Assembly (NCBI GenBank): GCA_046331705.1
Contig: JAXLQJ010000003.1
Location: forward strand, 1 to 64,000
Direction: 5' to 3'
Source: a bacterium
Lineage (GTDB): Bacteria > JADJOY01
DNA length: 64,000 nt
The notes below the pieces were generated by a model. It was not told the DNA's origin and did no database searches. It saw nothing but the letters and a program-made list of their open reading frames with translations. A program made the translations under genes and the position numbers. Below are positions 1-11,014 of this stretch, in pieces. Each line of letters begins with the position of its first letter. Positions within the stretch are counted from its first letter, which is position 1.

Positions 1-738
1 CGCCGACCTTCCATGAACGCTCGCCCCCTCGAGAACAACGTTGGTTCGACGCCCCTGCCCGTGCCGGACGCGGCAAGGAGCCGCTTTCGTCGGGCCGATC
101 CCGCCAAGCTCCCGTGGCAACGTGGCGCTCGAGTGACGCGCGCTGGTTGCCGATCGCCGACGGTTCGCGGAGTCATCGGAAAGGTCCTCGTACGCCCCAC
201 ACCCCGGCGTCTCCCCGAATCACCTCGCTCGACAGAGGTCCAGACCGCATGCAGCTCGTCGCGTTCCCGAAGCACGTCCCGCGTGGAACTCGGCCCAAGA
301 CCCGGCGATTTCGGGCGGCCCATGGTTGCAGAGAGTTCGGTGGCTGTCCACGAAAACACGCCACGGGAAGTGCGCCCGCCTGCGGCAGTTGCGGCGGCGG
401 GTCAGGCGGCAAAAAGTGCAGGGCAGAACGCCCCCGCGCCCGGCGCATCCGCCCGCGACGAACGAGCACGGTCGTCGTCGGAAGTCGCCACACCTTTCGG
501 CAGCGCAGCAGGGCAGCGACGGCCTCTCGCTGAACGCAGCACCTCGCTGCCGAGCCGACGCCACGCTTTCGTGCGGGCGAGCCACGACGCGGCTTTCGAT
601 CGTCTTCGCCACCGGGCCTCGTCCAGCGAGCGGACGGTTTGGCGTGGCTCGATCACGACGCGCGTGGCTCACCTCTTGCACCATGCGATCTTCCCGCCGG
701 ACCGCCGCGCGCGGACCCTGCGCTGTCGGGCCGTTGCC

Positions 739-3012
739 ATGCCGATCGCCATCGTCTTACCGCTCGTCATGGCCGCGCTGGCTGCGTTCAGCGGGCTCAT
801 CTTCCTGGCGACGTGGCTTCGCGGGGCCTCGGACCCGACGAGCCGGAGCTTCGCCGTCGTCGCGTTCACCGTGGCGGCGTACGATTTCGCGTGCGCGATG
901 CTCTACTCCGCCGCCGACCCGGTGGAAGGCGCGCCGTGGCAATACCTCCAGATCCTGTGCCTGCCGTGGATGATGCTGGCGGCACTCGACTTCGTGCTGG
1001 CGTACGCCGGCAAGCGTCCCACGTGGCCGGTGCGCGTCGTGCAGACGCTGCTCGCGACCACCGGGGTCGCGCTGCTCGTTGCCGGACCCACGAGCGCCCT
1101 CGACTTCGCCTCCACGCAGGTGAAGCGAATCGAGATCGCGGGAACGTTGGTGGTGACCTATCCCGAATGGTCGCTGCGCTGGCCGGCGATTCTCGTGCCG
1201 GTGTGGTCCTTCCCCATCGGCGTGTGGGGGCTCCAGGAGGCGACGCGGCTCTATCGTTCGGGCGACCACCGGCGTGCCCGCGCGCTGATCGTCGCCGTGG
1301 GGGTCTACTTCGCCGGCGCCCTCAACGATGCGCTGGTGGCCCAGGGCAGCTACGTCTTCGTGTACCTGATCGAGTACGCGTTCACCGCCTTGGTGCTGGT
1401 GATGACCGCGCGGTTCGTCGACGAGGTGGTGAGCGCGGCCGCCGCGCGTGAAGCGCTCGTGCTGAGCGAGGAGCGGCTACGCGCGATCTTCGAAGGCGTC
1501 AACGACGCGATCTTCCTCCACGACCCGCGCACCGGCGCCATCCTGGACGCAAACCCCAAGGTGACCGAGCTCTATGGCTACACGCGCGAGGAGGTCTGCC
1601 GGCTCGCGATCGGCGATCTGAGCACCGACGCACCGCCGCACACCCAGGTGGAGGCCCTCGAGTGGATCCGGCGGGCGTCGCGGGGCGAGACGCCGGTCTT
1701 CGAGTGGCAGGGCCAGCATCGCGAGGGTCGCGCGTTCTGGGTGGAAGTGAGCATGCGACGCGCCACGATCGGCGGAAACCAGCGGGTGCTGGCGCTGGTC
1801 CGCGACATCTCCGAGCGCAAGCGCGCCGAGGAGGAGCACGCCCGACTTCGCGGTCAGCTCGAGCACGCGATGAAGATGGAAGCCGTCGGTCGCCTGGCCG
1901 GCGGCGTCGCGCACGACTTCAACAATCTGCTGACGGCGATCCTCGGGAACGCCGAGCTCTGTCTCGCCCAAACGGGCCCGGCAGAACCGATGCACGGGAA
2001 GCTCGACGACATCGCGCGCGCCGCTCGGAGCGCTGCCAGCCTGACGCGCCAGCTTCTTTCGTTCTCGCGAAAGCAGATCCTCGAGCCGCGGACGATCGAC
2101 CTCAACGCCCTCGTCGCGCGCTCCCGGCAGATGTTGCGGCGCCTCATCCCCGAGAACATCGAGCTCGAGACCGCGCTCGCGGACGACCTCCATCCGGTCG
2201 AGATGGACGAGGCGCAGCTCGAGCAGATCATCGTGAATCTCGGCGTGAACGCTCGCGACGCCATGCCCGATGGCGGCACGCTGCGCCTCGCGACCTCGAA
2301 CGTCGAGCTCGACGAGCACGCCGCCAGCACCCGCCCGGGCGTCGCGCCCGGACGCTACGTGGCGCTCACGGTGAGCGACACCGGCCACGGCATGACGGAG
2401 GAGGTCCGGCGTCGCGTCTTCGAGCCGTTCTTCACCACCAAGCCGAAGGGCCAGGGAACCGGGCTCGGTCTCGCGACGGCGTACGCCGCTGTCCAGCAGG
2501 CGGGCGGGTTCATGGACGTGGACTCGGCGCCAGGCTGCGGCGCTCGCCTCACGCTTCACCTGCCGAAGGCGAAAGCGTCGTCGTGCCGCGAGCAACGAGC
2601 GGTGCCCGCGGCTCCCGAACCCGCCGCCCGTGGGCAGACGATCCTGCTGGTGGAGGACGACGACATGGTTCGCGTTCTCGCTCACGAGATCCTGCTGCAG
2701 GCCGGTTACCGCGTGATCCAGGCAGCCAACGGCAACGAGGCCTGCGCGCTCTTCGCGTCCGATCGGGCGAGCATCGACCTGCTGCTCACCGACGTCATCA
2801 TGCCGGGCATGAACGGTCGTGAGCTCGCCAACCGCATCACGCAGGAGCGGCCCGGCATCCCGGTGCTGTTCGCGTCGGGCTACGACGACAACCTCATCGC
2901 CGACCACGACGTGCTCCCGACGGGGGTCAACTTCATCTCCAAGCCCTACACGCCCGCGAGCCTGCGCGAGAAGGTCGGCGGCATCCTGGCTGGTCGCGTC
3001 AGACCGGCGTGA
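739..3012 (+). CDS. Hybrid sensor histidine kinase (N-terminal multi-TM sensor, PAS, HisKA, HATPase, receiver)
   Basis: H-box GGVAHDFNNLL, G-boxes DTGHGM / FTTKPKGQGTGLGL, REC LLVEDD...LLLTDVIMPGMNG; hydrophobic N-terminus from ATG 739. The upstream part of ORF 13..3012 looks non-coding. Confidence 0.93.
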   Translation: MPIAIVLPLVMAALAAFSGLIFLATWLRGASDPTSRSFAVVAFTVAAYDFACAMLYSAADPVEGAPWQYLQILCLPWMMLAALDFVLAYAGKRPTWPVRVVQTLLATTGVALLVAGPTSALDFASTQVKRIEIAGTLVVTYPEWSLRWPAILVPVWSFPIGVWGLQEATRLYRSGDHRRARALIVAVGVYFAGALNDALVAQGSYVFVYLIEYAFTALVLVMTARFVDEVVSAAAAREALVLSEERLRAIFEGVNDAIFLHDPRTGAILDANPKVTELYGYTREEVCRLAIGDLSTDAPPHTQVEALEWIRRASRGETPVFEWQGQHREGRAFWVEVSMRRATIGGNQRVLALVRDISERKRAEEEHARLRGQLEHAMKMEAVGRLAGGVAHDFNNLLTAILGNAELCLAQTGPAEPMHGKLDDIARAARSAASLTRQLLSFSRKQILEPRTIDLNALVARSRQMLRRLIPENIELETALADDLHPVEMDEAQLEQIIVNLGVNARDAMPDGGTLRLATSNVELDEHAASTRPGVAPGRYVALTVSDTGHGMTEEVRRRVFEPFFTTKPKGQGTGLGLATAYAAVQQAGGFMDVDSAPGCGARLTLHLPKAKASSCREQRAVPAAPEPAARGQTILLVEDDDMVRVLAHEILLQAGYRVIQAANGNEACALFASDRASIDLLLTDVIMPGMNGRELANRITQERPGIPVLFASGYDDNLIADHDVLPTGVNFISKPYTPASLREKVGGILAGRVRPA

Positions 3013-3080
3013 CGAGCACGTCGAGGCGTTCGAAGCCGGCGACGAAGGGGAGCCAGCTCGCGACGTCGGCGGGCCGAGCG

Positions 3081-3908
3081 CTACTTGCTGCGGCCCGACG
3101 CCTTCTCGAGCCGCGCGACGAGATCGTCCGGCAGCCAGCGCCGCTTGGCCTTGGCTCGGTGCACGGCGTCCCACGCCTTGTCGTATTGCCCGGCCTCGAC
3201 ATAGGTCGCGGCCACGGCGCCGTACGGCTCGCAGTCGCAGGCGTCCGCGGGGGCGTCCAAGGCGATGGCGCGCTCGTAGTCCGCGATCGCGAGCTCGTAC
3301 TTCTTCGCGATCGTGTGCTGATCCCCGCGCCGGCAATAGAGCTCGGCGAGCCGCGAGCGCCCCAGACGAGCGTCGACGGCGACCAGTGCCGTGTAGTCGC
3401 GAATCGCCGCCTCGAAGTCGTTCGCTTGCTCGAGGATCAGGCCACGCCGGTCCAGGGCCAGCGCGTTGCGGCCGTCGAGCTCGATCGCCTTCGAGAAGTC
3501 GGCCTTGGCCAGCGCGCGAAATTCCTTCGCCTTGGACTCGGGCTCCAGCACGTCAGGCGGCGCGGGAAACCCTCGGTCGTAATACGTGAGGCCCCGATGG
3601 AGATACACGTCGGCGCTGGACGGATCGAGACGCACGGCCTCGCCGTGGTCCTCGACGGCCTGGTCGAAGATGGCGGCGTACTGCCGCAGCGTGAGCTTCT
3701 GGAAGGCCCTCAGATAGCGCGCCTTCTCGCCGTATCCGCGTGCCCGCTCCGTGTAGCCGGAGGCGCGCTCGTGGTCCGTCTTCGCCTTGGCGATGATGGC
3801 CGTCCCCTTCTTGACGTGCCCCTCGTACTGGCCGAGCCAATACGACTGCCCTCCGCATCCGCCGACGAGCGCCCACAGCACCGGCCATGCGATCCAGGAC
3901 CGCGTCAT
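3081..3908 (-). CDS. TPR-repeat lipoprotein
   Basis: Lipobox-like LVGGC; TPR-like helices (ADVYLHRGLTY, ADFSKAIELD, AIADYERAIALD); start placed at ATG 3908. Confidence 0.8.
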   Translation of the reverse strand: MTRSWIAWPVLWALVGGCGGQSYWLGQYEGHVKKGTAIIAKAKTDHERASGYTERARGYGEKARYLRAFQKLTLRQYAAIFDQAVEDHGEAVRLDPSSADVYLHRGLTYYDRGFPAPPDVLEPESKAKEFRALAKADFSKAIELDGRNALALDRRGLILEQANDFEAAIRDYTALVAVDARLGRSRLAELYCRRGDQHTIAKKYELAIADYERAIALDAPADACDCEPYGAVAATYVEAGQYDKAWDAVHRAKAKRRWLPDDLVARLEKASGRSK

Positions 3909-4262
3909 GACACCTCCTGCGCAGCCCCTGGCCGCCCCACCGACCGTCGCGTCGCCATCCCGATCGGCTCCGTCTCGCCGCGATCTCGGCCCGGTCGCGG
4001 CTCGTCTCGGCGCCATCGCCACCTCCGAATCCTAACTCGCTTCCGAGCGCGGGCGCGGGCGTCTCGGGGACCGCGGAAACGCGCTCGCGACGGCGGTAGC
4101 GCCCCGGCTCGCCGGCGCGGCGAGCATCCCCACGCGGGTGTGGCGGCAGTGGCGCGTTCCGTGCCAGTCTGGCGCGCCGCCCGCCGAGCGCCGCGCGCCG
4201 AGACCTCCGAGCCTGCGTGCATCCGCGCTCACGGGGCGACCACATCACCCGAGGGAATCGTG

Positions 4263-4943
4263 ATGAACGCAACCACACGCGCCGCGCTCGTCGTCGCGGC
4301 CTCGCTCGCGCTGTGGCAGGCCGCCATTCCAGTGGCGCGCGCACAGAGCAGCGGCAACGTCCTGGCCAATGGCAACTTCGACAGCGACACCTCCGGCTGG
4401 ACCGTACCGGCAAACCCGGGGGTCTCGTTCACGCGGAGCAGCTTCGACGCGATCGACAGCGCGAGCTCGGGATCGGGGTTCGTATCGAACGGCAATTACG
4501 GCTCGCCGACGGTGGTGGCGACGAGCGCATGCCTCTCGATGAGCTCCGGCCTCGACTACGACGTCGCCGCGCACATGGCGGTGCCGGCGGGCCAGCAACC
4601 CGTCACGGGCTCGTGCGGAATGTGGGTCGACTGGTTCGACAACGATTGCGTCGGCGCCGGCTCGCAGTACCTCACGACCACGTATCTCCCCGAGATCCAG
4701 AACGTCACGCTCGACCCGGACACCATCTGGCAGCTCTTCGCGACGCGCGTGACCCCGCCCACGGCGGCCAAACTGCGGGCGCAGGTGGTTCTGCAAACCA
4801 ACCTGGTGAACAGCTATCCCGCCGCGCCGGATTTTCTCTGCTACTTCGACCAGCTCGTCCTCTCTCCGGCCGGGGGCACGCCGATCCCGCTCTTCGGAAA
4901 CGGTTTCGAGAGCGCGTTCGGCTGGTCGGCGACGGTTCCCTGA
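4263..4943 (+). CDS. Secreted protein, carbohydrate-binding-like beta-sandwich, with C-terminal FxNGFE tail
   Basis: RBS GAGGGA; signal peptide ending ARA-Q; NVLANGNFDSDTSGW start typical of CBM4/9-like folds; ends LFGNGFESAFGWSATVP. Confidence 0.75.
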   Translation: MNATTRAALVVAASLALWQAAIPVARAQSSGNVLANGNFDSDTSGWTVPANPGVSFTRSSFDAIDSASSGSGFVSNGNYGSPTVVATSACLSMSSGLDYDVAAHMAVPAGQQPVTGSCGMWVDWFDNDCVGAGSQYLTTTYLPEIQNVTLDPDTIWQLFATRVTPPTAAKLRAQVVLQTNLVNSYPAAPDFLCYFDQLVLSPAGGTPIPLFGNGFESAFGWSATVP

Positions 4944-4995
4944 GTGACGCGCTCAGGCTGAGCCGGGAACCCCACGCCGTGCCGATCGAAGTCGG

Positions 4996-6774
4996 CTACG
5001 AGCCGCTCCCCGCGGCCTCGATCGCGAGCCGCGCGGCGGTATCGGCGGAGACCAGTCGCACGTGCGCCGGTAGATCGTGAATCATCGCCGTGAAGGAATT
5101 CTCGAGGTCGAGCCCGCCGTCGCTCGTCATGTACACGTAAGCGACGCTTCCTCGCGGGTATCCGGCGAGCTCTTTCGCCATGTCCTCCGGGCGCAAGAAA
5201 AAAGGTTCGAGGATGCCCGTCCCGCTGCCGTCGACACCGCGCCATTCTCGCGGCCGGAAGAGCGCCACCTCGCCGCCCTCCGGGCCCGCCAGCACCTTGA
5301 AGGTCTGGTTCGCTTTCCATCCCGTGAACGTCGGCAACAGGTAGGGCACGTTGACGGGGAAGATGCCCTGGATGACGCCGGTTCGGGCGTACTTCGGTAG
5401 GAAGGAAGTCTCGGCGCTGCGCCAGGTGGTGAACCACTCCCAATCGACGGTGCTCACGGTGCCGAGGATCGTGGCCGCGGCCTCCGTGCCCGCGATGAAG
5501 CGTTCTTGGTCTTCGTCGTTGAGCGAGGCCGGGTAGGCGTACAGGTACCCGCTGGGCGGAAGCATGAAGTAGTCGCGGCCGGTCTCACGGCTCTGCGCGA
5601 AGTACCACTCGAGCACGTCGGGCGCGAGATGCGTGAGATGGGGCGACATCGTCCACGTGATGGGCGCGCAGCTCTGCGAGTCTCGAGCGCATTGCGCGAG
5701 ACGATCGCGAAGCCACCGGCTGCGCGCATCGAGGATGTACTGGACGTTGTCGCCGTCGCCGACCACGAACGCCACGTAGGTCTGGCTGGGGTCGTAGACG
5801 ACCTCCTCCGGCGCGTTGCGCTCGAGCTCGCGTCCGTCCTCGATCGGCCGTCGCCGCGAGGAGAAGAACGAGAGATTGTTCACGGTGGTGGCGATCTCCC
5901 CCATGTTGCGCGACGACACGCATTGGGTCTGCGCTTCGAAGAGGTAGCCGCCGAAGACGAGCCAGTAGTCCGCGTAGCCGTAGACACCGATGGGCTTGGG
6001 CCATGGGTTCGAGCTGGCGATCTGCTCGAAGAGCTGGTGCTCCTCGGTGGGCGCGATGCACCCGTTGACCAGGAAGGTGACGAAGAGCTTCTGCGAGAAG
6101 ACGAAGTCCACCAGCGCGGCGCTGATGTCTCGCGTGACCGGTGGATCCCACACGCGGCTGCTCGAGGGATCGTAGCCCGGGTTGATCATGGCCAGGCCCG
6201 TGGTGTCGTCGACGTAACGCTCGTACACGTACTGGGTCGCCAAGTAGGGCGTGTTCCGCTCGCGGAGCTCGACGCGCGCGTCGAAGACCTCGTCTTCACA
6301 GGCCACGTCCAGCCCCTCGTCCAGGGGAACCGCCTCGAGCACGGCGCCAACGGTCAGCACGTTGGGAAGCAACCGCTGTTGCTCCCCGTACGCGTAGCGC
6401 ACGCAGCGATGGAAATCGTTCATGCAGCTCTCGAGGAACGGGGCGGGCTCGACGGTCTCCACGGGGTCGAGACCGAGATCGTCGAGCCATCGCGCGTCCT
6501 TGTCGCTCATCCGCGTGTAGACCGAGCCGCCGTGCTTGCGGTTGTAGAGACCGACGCACGCCTGCACCGCGAGCTGCACCGGAGCCGGCGTCGCAGGATC
6601 GATCTCCACCACGCGGAACTCGCGGGCGGGGCTCCCGTCCTCGCTGGACGAGCCGCAGCCGAGCGTCGCGCTCGCGAGAATCAGCGCGAGGCCGCAGACG
6701 AGAGCGGCTGTCCTCGCCCGCTGGCGCGACGGTGCTGCGTCCGCACCCGCTGCAATCGTCCTCCGTCGTCGCAT
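4996..6774 (-). CDS. GxGYxYP-family putative glycoside hydrolase lipoprotein
   Basis: Lipobox TLGC; motifs VAFVVGDGDNVQY and PSGYLYAYP resemble the GxGYxYP C-terminal domain; start approximate. Confidence 0.75.
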   Translation of the reverse strand: MRRRRTIAAGADAAPSRQRARTAALVCGLALILASATLGCGSSSEDGSPAREFRVVEIDPATPAPVQLAVQACVGLYNRKHGGSVYTRMSDKDARWLDDLGLDPVETVEPAPFLESCMNDFHRCVRYAYGEQQRLLPNVLTVGAVLEAVPLDEGLDVACEDEVFDARVELRERNTPYLATQYVYERYVDDTTGLAMINPGYDPSSSRVWDPPVTRDISAALVDFVFSQKLFVTFLVNGCIAPTEEHQLFEQIASSNPWPKPIGVYGYADYWLVFGGYLFEAQTQCVSSRNMGEIATTVNNLSFFSSRRRPIEDGRELERNAPEEVVYDPSQTYVAFVVGDGDNVQYILDARSRWLRDRLAQCARDSQSCAPITWTMSPHLTHLAPDVLEWYFAQSRETGRDYFMLPPSGYLYAYPASLNDEDQERFIAGTEAAATILGTVSTVDWEWFTTWRSAETSFLPKYARTGVIQGIFPVNVPYLLPTFTGWKANQTFKVLAGPEGGEVALFRPREWRGVDGSGTGILEPFFLRPEDMAKELAGYPRGSVAYVYMTSDGGLDLENSFTAMIHDLPAHVRLVSADTAARLAIEAAGSGS

Positions 6775-7021
6775 TCCCTGACCTCGTTCGACAAGACGCA
6801 TGGCGCTCCATCCCCGGCGGGACACCCCATCGTGGGCCGGACCCGTTCCTGGAGACGGGTGGAATAGAACACCTCCTCCGATTCGCCAACGACGCCGCCG
6901 GCTCGTCGCGTGCGCGGGTCGGGAGCCGCGACCGACGCGCGCGCTGACGGCGGGCGTCACTCCCAATGCGCTCCGCAAGCGCACGCGTTGCGCTGGCGCG
7001 CCGCGGGCGCCGCAGGGACGC

Positions 7022-8497
7022 TCAGAATCGCGGCGCCATCGCTGGCAGCGCGGCGGAGTCGATCCCCTCGCACATCGCGTTGCTCACCGTCACGTCGCCG
7101 GCGGCATCGAGCGTGACCGTCCAGATCGTGTCGTAGTCGGTGGCTGGCCACTCGGGCGCCCGTGCGGTCGCGCCGCGGCTCGCGAGCAGCGCGTTCACCA
7201 GCTGTGGGATCTGAACGTATTGCCAGGCCAGCAGCACCTCGCGGTTCGAGAATCGGCCGCCGTCGAAGAAGAGCTCGCTCGCGAGCTGCGGCGAGCTCGC
7301 ATCGGAGATCTCGAAGCTGGTCACCAGCTGGTACGGCAAACCGGTGGCGATCGCATAGGGCTCGACGGTCAACGCTGGCGCAACGTTCGACCAGACCGAA
7401 TCGCCCGACGCGCTCACGGTTCCTTGCGTGACCTGGGACGGATCGATCGAGTACACCACCTCGGGATCGATCTTGCCGCGCAACGCATCCGGAAGTCCCA
7501 GCGCGCGCCATTGACCTGCGCCGACGAAGTTGCCGTCCGCGAAGTACGGGCTGGGATGCGCATCGGCATGACGAACGATGTGAAGCACTTGGTTGACGTT
7601 CGATCGCGCCGGAATGATCACGCCATCGCGTCCACCGTTCACGGTGATGCTGAACGCCTGCTGGCTCGTGCACGGCGCGCTTGCGAGCGGCCCTCCGGGC
7701 AACTCCGGGTAGCTGGGGGACGGGTCCAGCCCGCTGTCGAACGTGGCCAGGCTGGCTCTTCCCGACGCATCGATCGACACCGCGTGAATCCGGTTGGCGC
7801 CCTCGTATTCGGCAGGCGCGCGCAAGTCGAAGCCGGCCAGCTCGTCGAGACGGGCCAGTAGCGCGCGCGTCGTCTCCCAAGGCGCCGCGAAGACGTGATA
7901 CCCGGGCACGCCGCTCGCCACGAGGCCGCTCAGCAAGGCGTCGTTGCTGGACCCTTGGTCGCGGAAATCGATGCCTTGGCAATTTCCGCACGCGAGCGTC
8001 GGAGCGACGACGCCCTCGGGCACGAAGCCCACGGCGTACGACGCGCTCACCGGGTAGCTGTCGCCGGTCGACGCGTTCGAGCCGTGGCCGTCGCTGGACA
8101 GCGTGATCTGGTTGAGCAGCGCGAACTGTTGAACCGAACCGAGCGCCGCCATGTCCGGGTAGTTGGCGCTCGTCTGCGGGCGGGTCGTCGGCTCGAGCGC
8201 GTGGATGCTCGTGACGTTTCTTTCGCCGAGGACTCGCTCCGCGAGGAACGTGGCCGTCCCAAGCGATCGCTGAAGACCCTGGCTCGTCAGGTTCGCCGTC
8301 CCTGGATCGATGTCCCCGGTATCGTGAAAGGCGAGGTCAGCGCTCACCACGAAGATCAGGTTGAGGTCGGCGGGGCTGAGCGGCTCGGGGTTTGGCGATC
8401 GCGCCGGATCGTGCCCGGCCGACGCGCCGCAGCCTGCGATCAGCGCGAACGCGAGGATTCGGAAGCACCTCGAAAAGCGTTGGATTCGTTCGTTCAT
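7022..8497 (-). CDS. Lipoprotein with duplicated histidine-phosphatase-like fold
   Basis: Lipobox IAGC; second half starts LHIVRHADAHP (RHG-like); both halves end in a similar I-H/W-x-V-x-x-D-A-x-G segment. Confidence 0.6.
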   Translation of the reverse strand: MNERIQRFSRCFRILAFALIAGCGASAGHDPARSPNPEPLSPADLNLIFVVSADLAFHDTGDIDPGTANLTSQGLQRSLGTATFLAERVLGERNVTSIHALEPTTRPQTSANYPDMAALGSVQQFALLNQITLSSDGHGSNASTGDSYPVSASYAVGFVPEGVVAPTLACGNCQGIDFRDQGSSNDALLSGLVASGVPGYHVFAAPWETTRALLARLDELAGFDLRAPAEYEGANRIHAVSIDASGRASLATFDSGLDPSPSYPELPGGPLASAPCTSQQAFSITVNGGRDGVIIPARSNVNQVLHIVRHADAHPSPYFADGNFVGAGQWRALGLPDALRGKIDPEVVYSIDPSQVTQGTVSASGDSVWSNVAPALTVEPYAIATGLPYQLVTSFEISDASSPQLASELFFDGGRFSNREVLLAWQYVQIPQLVNALLASRGATARAPEWPATDYDTIWTVTLDAAGDVTVSNAMCEGIDSAALPAMAPRF

Positions 8498-9081
8498 GAT
8501 CCGTCACCGTCGTGGCCGACGGCGCGCGCCGGCGCGGAAGCCCGCGCCATTGCGATCCCGCCGGTCCCGATCCAGGTCGGCACCCCCGGATGCGGCAGAT
8601 GCAGCTCCGCTGCCAACGCCCGCCGTGGCGGCGGCTCGGCGAGCCGATCGAGCGGACCCGCGGCATCGGTGCGATTCGCGCACCCAGCGGTGACGAAACG
8701 ACCGATTTCGTCACCTCGCGGCGATCCCGCTCATCGCGCACTGGGGGAGGATCGAGGTCCCTGCCGGGTCCCTGCGAGTGACGTCACGCAAACACGACGT
8801 CCGCACCTCGGGCGTTCTCGCCCGGGCGATGGGCAGAAGGCGACCGACGCCGGGCGCCTTTTCGATTCGCCAGCGCACGAACGAGCGCAGCCCGATCGCG
8901 CCGGGAACGGGATGGCGCGCGCCAGCGCGGACGCGGCCGCGCGGCAACGCGAGCGAAGCACAGCCAGGCGGACACGCGCGCTCACCTTCGCGGCAGCACG
9001 GGGATCCGAGTACGGTTGCCGGTCCGCGCGACGCGATCCCTCGGCGGGATGGGCGAGGATCCGCGCGGTCCGAGAGCGACG

Positions 9082-9792
9082 ATGAGCCGACGCGACAACC
9101 ACACCGAGCGCTGCCCCACGTGCAGGATGCACGTGACGCTCTGCATTTGCGCACGGGTGCCCCGGCTCGATACGCGCACGCGGGTGACGGTCCTCCTCCA
9201 CCACCGGGAAGCGCGCAAGCCCAGCAACACCGGCCGCCTCGCGACGCAATGCCTGACGCGCAGCACCCTCGAGATCGTCGGGCAGCGTCACCGCTTGATC
9301 GAGCCGCCGCGGATCGGCGACGAAGTGCCGCTCTTGCTCTTCCCCGACGACGACGCGGTGCCGATCACTCGCTACGCGTCGTGCGAGAAGCCGATCGCGC
9401 TCTTCGTGCCCGACGGCAATTGGCACCAGGCGAAGAAGATGCGGCGTCGCGGCCCGGGCCTCGCGGAGTTCACGTGCGTGACGCTGCCCGATCCCGGTCG
9501 CAGCGAATATCGGCTGCGCGCCGAGCCCTGGGCGGGAGGGCTCGCGACGCTCGAAGCCATCGCGCGGACGCTCGGCATCCTGGAAGGTGCAGCGGGTCCG
9601 GCGATCGAGGCGGCGATGCTCGGCGTGTTTCGAGTGATGGTGGAGCGGACGCTGTGGTTCCGCGGCCGGATGCGCAACGAGGACGTCACGGGCGGGATCC
9701 CGCCGGCCGCGCTCGCCGAGGACCCGCGCGGGGCGACGACGCGCCGCGCGGCGCTGGACCTCGCCACCGCCGCCTGCCTCGACGAGGCGTGA
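9082..9792 (+). CDS. DTW-domain protein (tRNA-uridine aminocarboxypropyltransferase, TapT/YfiP-like)
   Basis: N-terminal CPTC...LCIC, HHRE..KPSNTG, VPDGNW, YRLR, LATLEA motifs. Confidence 0.88.
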   Translation: MSRRDNHTERCPTCRMHVTLCICARVPRLDTRTRVTVLLHHREARKPSNTGRLATQCLTRSTLEIVGQRHRLIEPPRIGDEVPLLLFPDDDAVPITRYASCEKPIALFVPDGNWHQAKKMRRRGPGLAEFTCVTLPDPGRSEYRLRAEPWAGGLATLEAIARTLGILEGAAGPAIEAAMLGVFRVMVERTLWFRGRMRNEDVTGGIPPAALAEDPRGATTRRAALDLATAACLDEA

Positions 9793-10137
9793 CGCTCACC
9801 CGCGGGCACGAGCCCCTGGAACGTCTGGAGGGGATCGGCGGCGTTCTCGTCCGGTGCTCGGCGCTGGGCCAGCGCGACGGCGCGATTGGGCCACGGCCGC
9901 GACGCGCTCGGTCCGCCCGTCGACGGGGCTTTCGTTGTACGCTGCGCGAGCCGTCGGAAGCCGAGGAGCAAGCGGTCGCCGTGACTCGCTGCACGGCGTA
10001 CCGGCCCGCTGGGTCGTCCCTGCTCCCGAGCATTCGCAGCTCCACTCGACCATCGACGAATCGAGTCCGATCTCGGCCCGCAAGGCACGCGATAGGCTGA
10101 GCCTCGTTCACCTCAACCCCTGCAAGGAGTCAGCACC

Positions 10138-10797
<660 letters not shown>

Positions 10798-11014
10798 AGC
10801 GCGCGGGCCGAGCGGGCCCGCGGCCGCGCCCTCACGCCGGTGATCGCTCGCGTGGGGGCCGACACCGTTCGATGATGACCCACCACGGCGCCGCACGGTT
10901 GCCGCATCGCCCCGGTCGATGGCGACCGGGGCGCTTTCGTCTCCACGCGGCGCGCGATCGTGAGAGCATCCGCCTTCCCACGTCGACGGCGCCCACGTCG
11001 CGGAGGTTGGACCG

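Noticed and set aside
13-738. N-terminal extension of the histidine kinase, or a cobalamin riboswitch near 355-375
   Set aside because: The translation is low-complexity, and only a short GCCACGGGAAG resemblance is present without other riboswitch elements.
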